Below are positions 4,545 to 5,959 of a stretch of DNA of 5,959 nucleotides, one piece after another. The DNA comes from a virus: positions 1 to 5,959 of the IMG/VR virus record IMGVR_UViG_3300045988_009917. One strand, given 5' to 3'. A model generated the notes under the pieces. The model ran no database searches, was not told the DNA's origin, and was given only the letters and a program-made list of their open reading frames with translations. The translations under genes were made by a program, and so were the position numbers. The first letter of the stretch is position 1. Each line of letters starts with the position of its first letter.

Positions 4545-5959
4545 TTAATAAGGTAAACCATCAGTATCAAGATTACGGACAGCTTTAATATCAAAAAATG
4601 AACTACACAAAAACTGGTCTGTACTAATATCACTATCAGCTTTAACCGCAAAAATAGGATCAAGGCAATTAGGATTAACTTTAAAAAAAGTAAAATTCAT
4701 AGGAGAAACAGACGGAACAGGCTCAGACGGTTCAACAGGAGGTGCACCAGCAGGAAGTGTAACCTGATTCTTAACAGATTCATTACTATAAGATATTACC
4801 CAAGAATTCAATGTACGTTTAAAACCACCAACTGACTGGTCTACTGATGTTTTATAATCAATATAACGAGGTACATAACCAAGAACCAATCCAGAAGCAT
4901 TAGCAACCGAAAGTAATGGGTTCATAAGCTGTACCAGCGGCACAGACTGCATACCTACTCGGTCAAATTCAGGGATAGCATAATCAGTTGAGTTCACTTT
5001 CAAAAATGCGGGGTCAAGCATATCAGTAGTATAATCGAGCAGAGGAAGACAATGATAAACACACATAATCAAGCCGTAGCGACCATTACTGTTAAAATTA
5101 ATCTCACCATTCGCAACACCAACACCTTTACCAGCAATATCAGCAGCAGCACTTCCTGTAATATTAGTATTAACAACTTCGTTAATATCAATAGAAGAAG
5201 AGACACCACCAAGATAGGTACATAATTCAGAAAAACCGTCACCGACAGAAACACCCCAATGTCTTTCTAACTGATCTTTATAATCCTTATTACCTGACTG
5301 AGCAATTTCTTTCCATTTCTGTAGAAACTCAGCTTGACGAAGAGCCAATATAGATAAATCACCAACTGTATCAAACGCAGGAAAGCTCTTAGTAGCTGTA
5401 CCACTCGCAGTAGTAGGAGAAGTTCCAACAGTAGAAAAATTAGTGAGAGTAAGTTTACCAGTTACATTCGGAGTAATCGAAGCAACAGCAGCTTCTCCAT
5501 ATTGCTGATGTGGAAGAACACCATGAAACAAATCTTTCTGCCAATTGCAATAACGAAGATCAAACATATTATAAGAATGAATAAATGATTCATTGTTATA
5601 AAAATTAGTCAAATACATATTCTGACCGTCCAAATAATCAACATTAAATGTAGAGGGCGAAATTCGCTCCCATTGACTATCACGATAAAAATCAGAATAA
5701 ATTTTTTGATAAGCCAACAAACCAAACAAATTATGATTCAAATCAGCCATTAGAGGAGTAGAACGCCAACTATTAGTCAAAAACGACTCATAATTACCAT
5801 AACCAAGATATTCAAGAAGTTTAACAGAACAAACAGCACGAGAATAACCCATATAATTACTCGAATAATCAGTAGCAATTGCATCAGTATTAAGAGAATT
5901 AATATAATCAGCAATAGACTGAGATGTAGAATAAGGCATATCACCATTCAAAAAAAAAT
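4545..5959 (-). CDS. VP1: Major capsid protein VP1 (F-like), C-terminal part. It is open at the window edge and upstream codons are at 420..96.
   Basis: The ORF is 468+ aa, ends in TAA at 4545..4547 and stays open to the window end. It is in frame with the 420..1 segment across the 95-nt overlap. Confidence 0.95.
   Translation of the reverse strand, partial: FFLNGDMPYSTSQSIADYINSLNTDAIATDYSSNYMGYSRAVCSVKLLEYLGYGNYESFLTNSWRSTPLMADLNHNLFGLLAYQKIYSDFYRDSQWERISPSTFNVDYLDGQNMYLTNFYNNESFIHSYNMFDLRYCNWQKDLFHGVLPHQQYGEAAVASITPNVTGKLTLTNFSTVGTSPTTASGTATKSFPAFDTVGDLSILALRQAEFLQKWKEIAQSGNKDYKDQLERHWGVSVGDGFSELCTYLGGVSSSIDINEVVNTNITGSAAADIAGKGVGVANGEINFNSNGRYGLIMCVYHCLPLLDYTTDMLDPAFLKVNSTDYAIPEFDRVGMQSVPLVQLMNPLLSVANASGLVLGYVPRYIDYKTSVDQSVGGFKRTLNSWVISYSNESVKNQVTLPAGAPPVEPSEPVPSVSPMNFTFFKVNPNCLDPIFAVKADSDISTDQFLCSSFFDIKAVRNLDTDGLPY
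5865..5959. repeat. Terminal direct repeat, copy 2 (duplicate of 1..95).
   Basis: Exact 95/95 identity to 1..95, read directly from the sequence. Confidence 0.97.

Larger units (their letters stand above)
1..5864 (-). mobile_element. Unit-length circular Microviridae (Alpavirinae-like) ssDNA phage genome, 5864 nt. All genes are on the minus strand of the window.
   Basis: The 95-nt identity between the window ends closes the circle. The gene set VP1 + VP3-like + VP2 + VP4 is all on one strand in a ~5.9-kb unit. The large Rep (~500 aa) and large capsid protein (579 aa) fit the Bacteroidetes-associated microvirus lineage better than the gokushoviruses. Confidence 0.9.

Noticed and set aside
1-5959. 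Defence systems, CRISPR arrays, tRNA/rRNA genes, transposases, integrases and toxin-antitoxin pairs.
   Set aside because: There are no spaced direct repeats and I noticed no cloverleaf-like GC-rich segments. Every long ORF is accounted for by canonical microvirus genes.

Overview
The window is one complete, circularly permuted genome of a small ssDNA phage of the family Microviridae. By my recognition of motifs it looks Alpavirinae-like, that is, Bacteroidetes-associated; no database search was possible. Bases 1..95 are identical to 5865..5959. The real molecule is therefore a 5864-nt circle, and the window is an assembly with a 95-nt overlap. All credible genes lie on the minus strand, so the window is the reverse complement of the viral/mRNA-sense strand. 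Gene order on the coding strand is: major capsid protein VP1 (579 aa, wraps the window ends: 420..1 joined to 5864..4545), a 158-aa VP3-like protein (4527..4051), a 186-nt structured intergenic spacer, the VP2 pilot/minor capsid protein (3864..2698), a 555-nt AT-rich gene-poor region, a 64-aa membrane protein (2142..1948), and the rolling-circle Rep VP4 (1945..446). Five things deserve a second look. (1) The +1 frame of rep has a 281-codon stop-codon desert, which suggests an embedded overlapping gene. (2) The AT-rich region holds a near-perfect dif-like XerC/D site, and the genome has no integrase. (3) A G/C-tract island with hairpins, a heptamer present three times and a possible G-quadruplex sits between VP3 and VP2. 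(4) A small membrane or lipoprotein-like protein is tightly coupled to rep and is a lysis or exclusion candidate. (5) The long non-coding stretch is itself unusual and contains a terminator-like hairpin, a microsatellite and a doubtful 66-aa ORF. I saw no tRNA, rRNA, CRISPR array, transposase or integrase.
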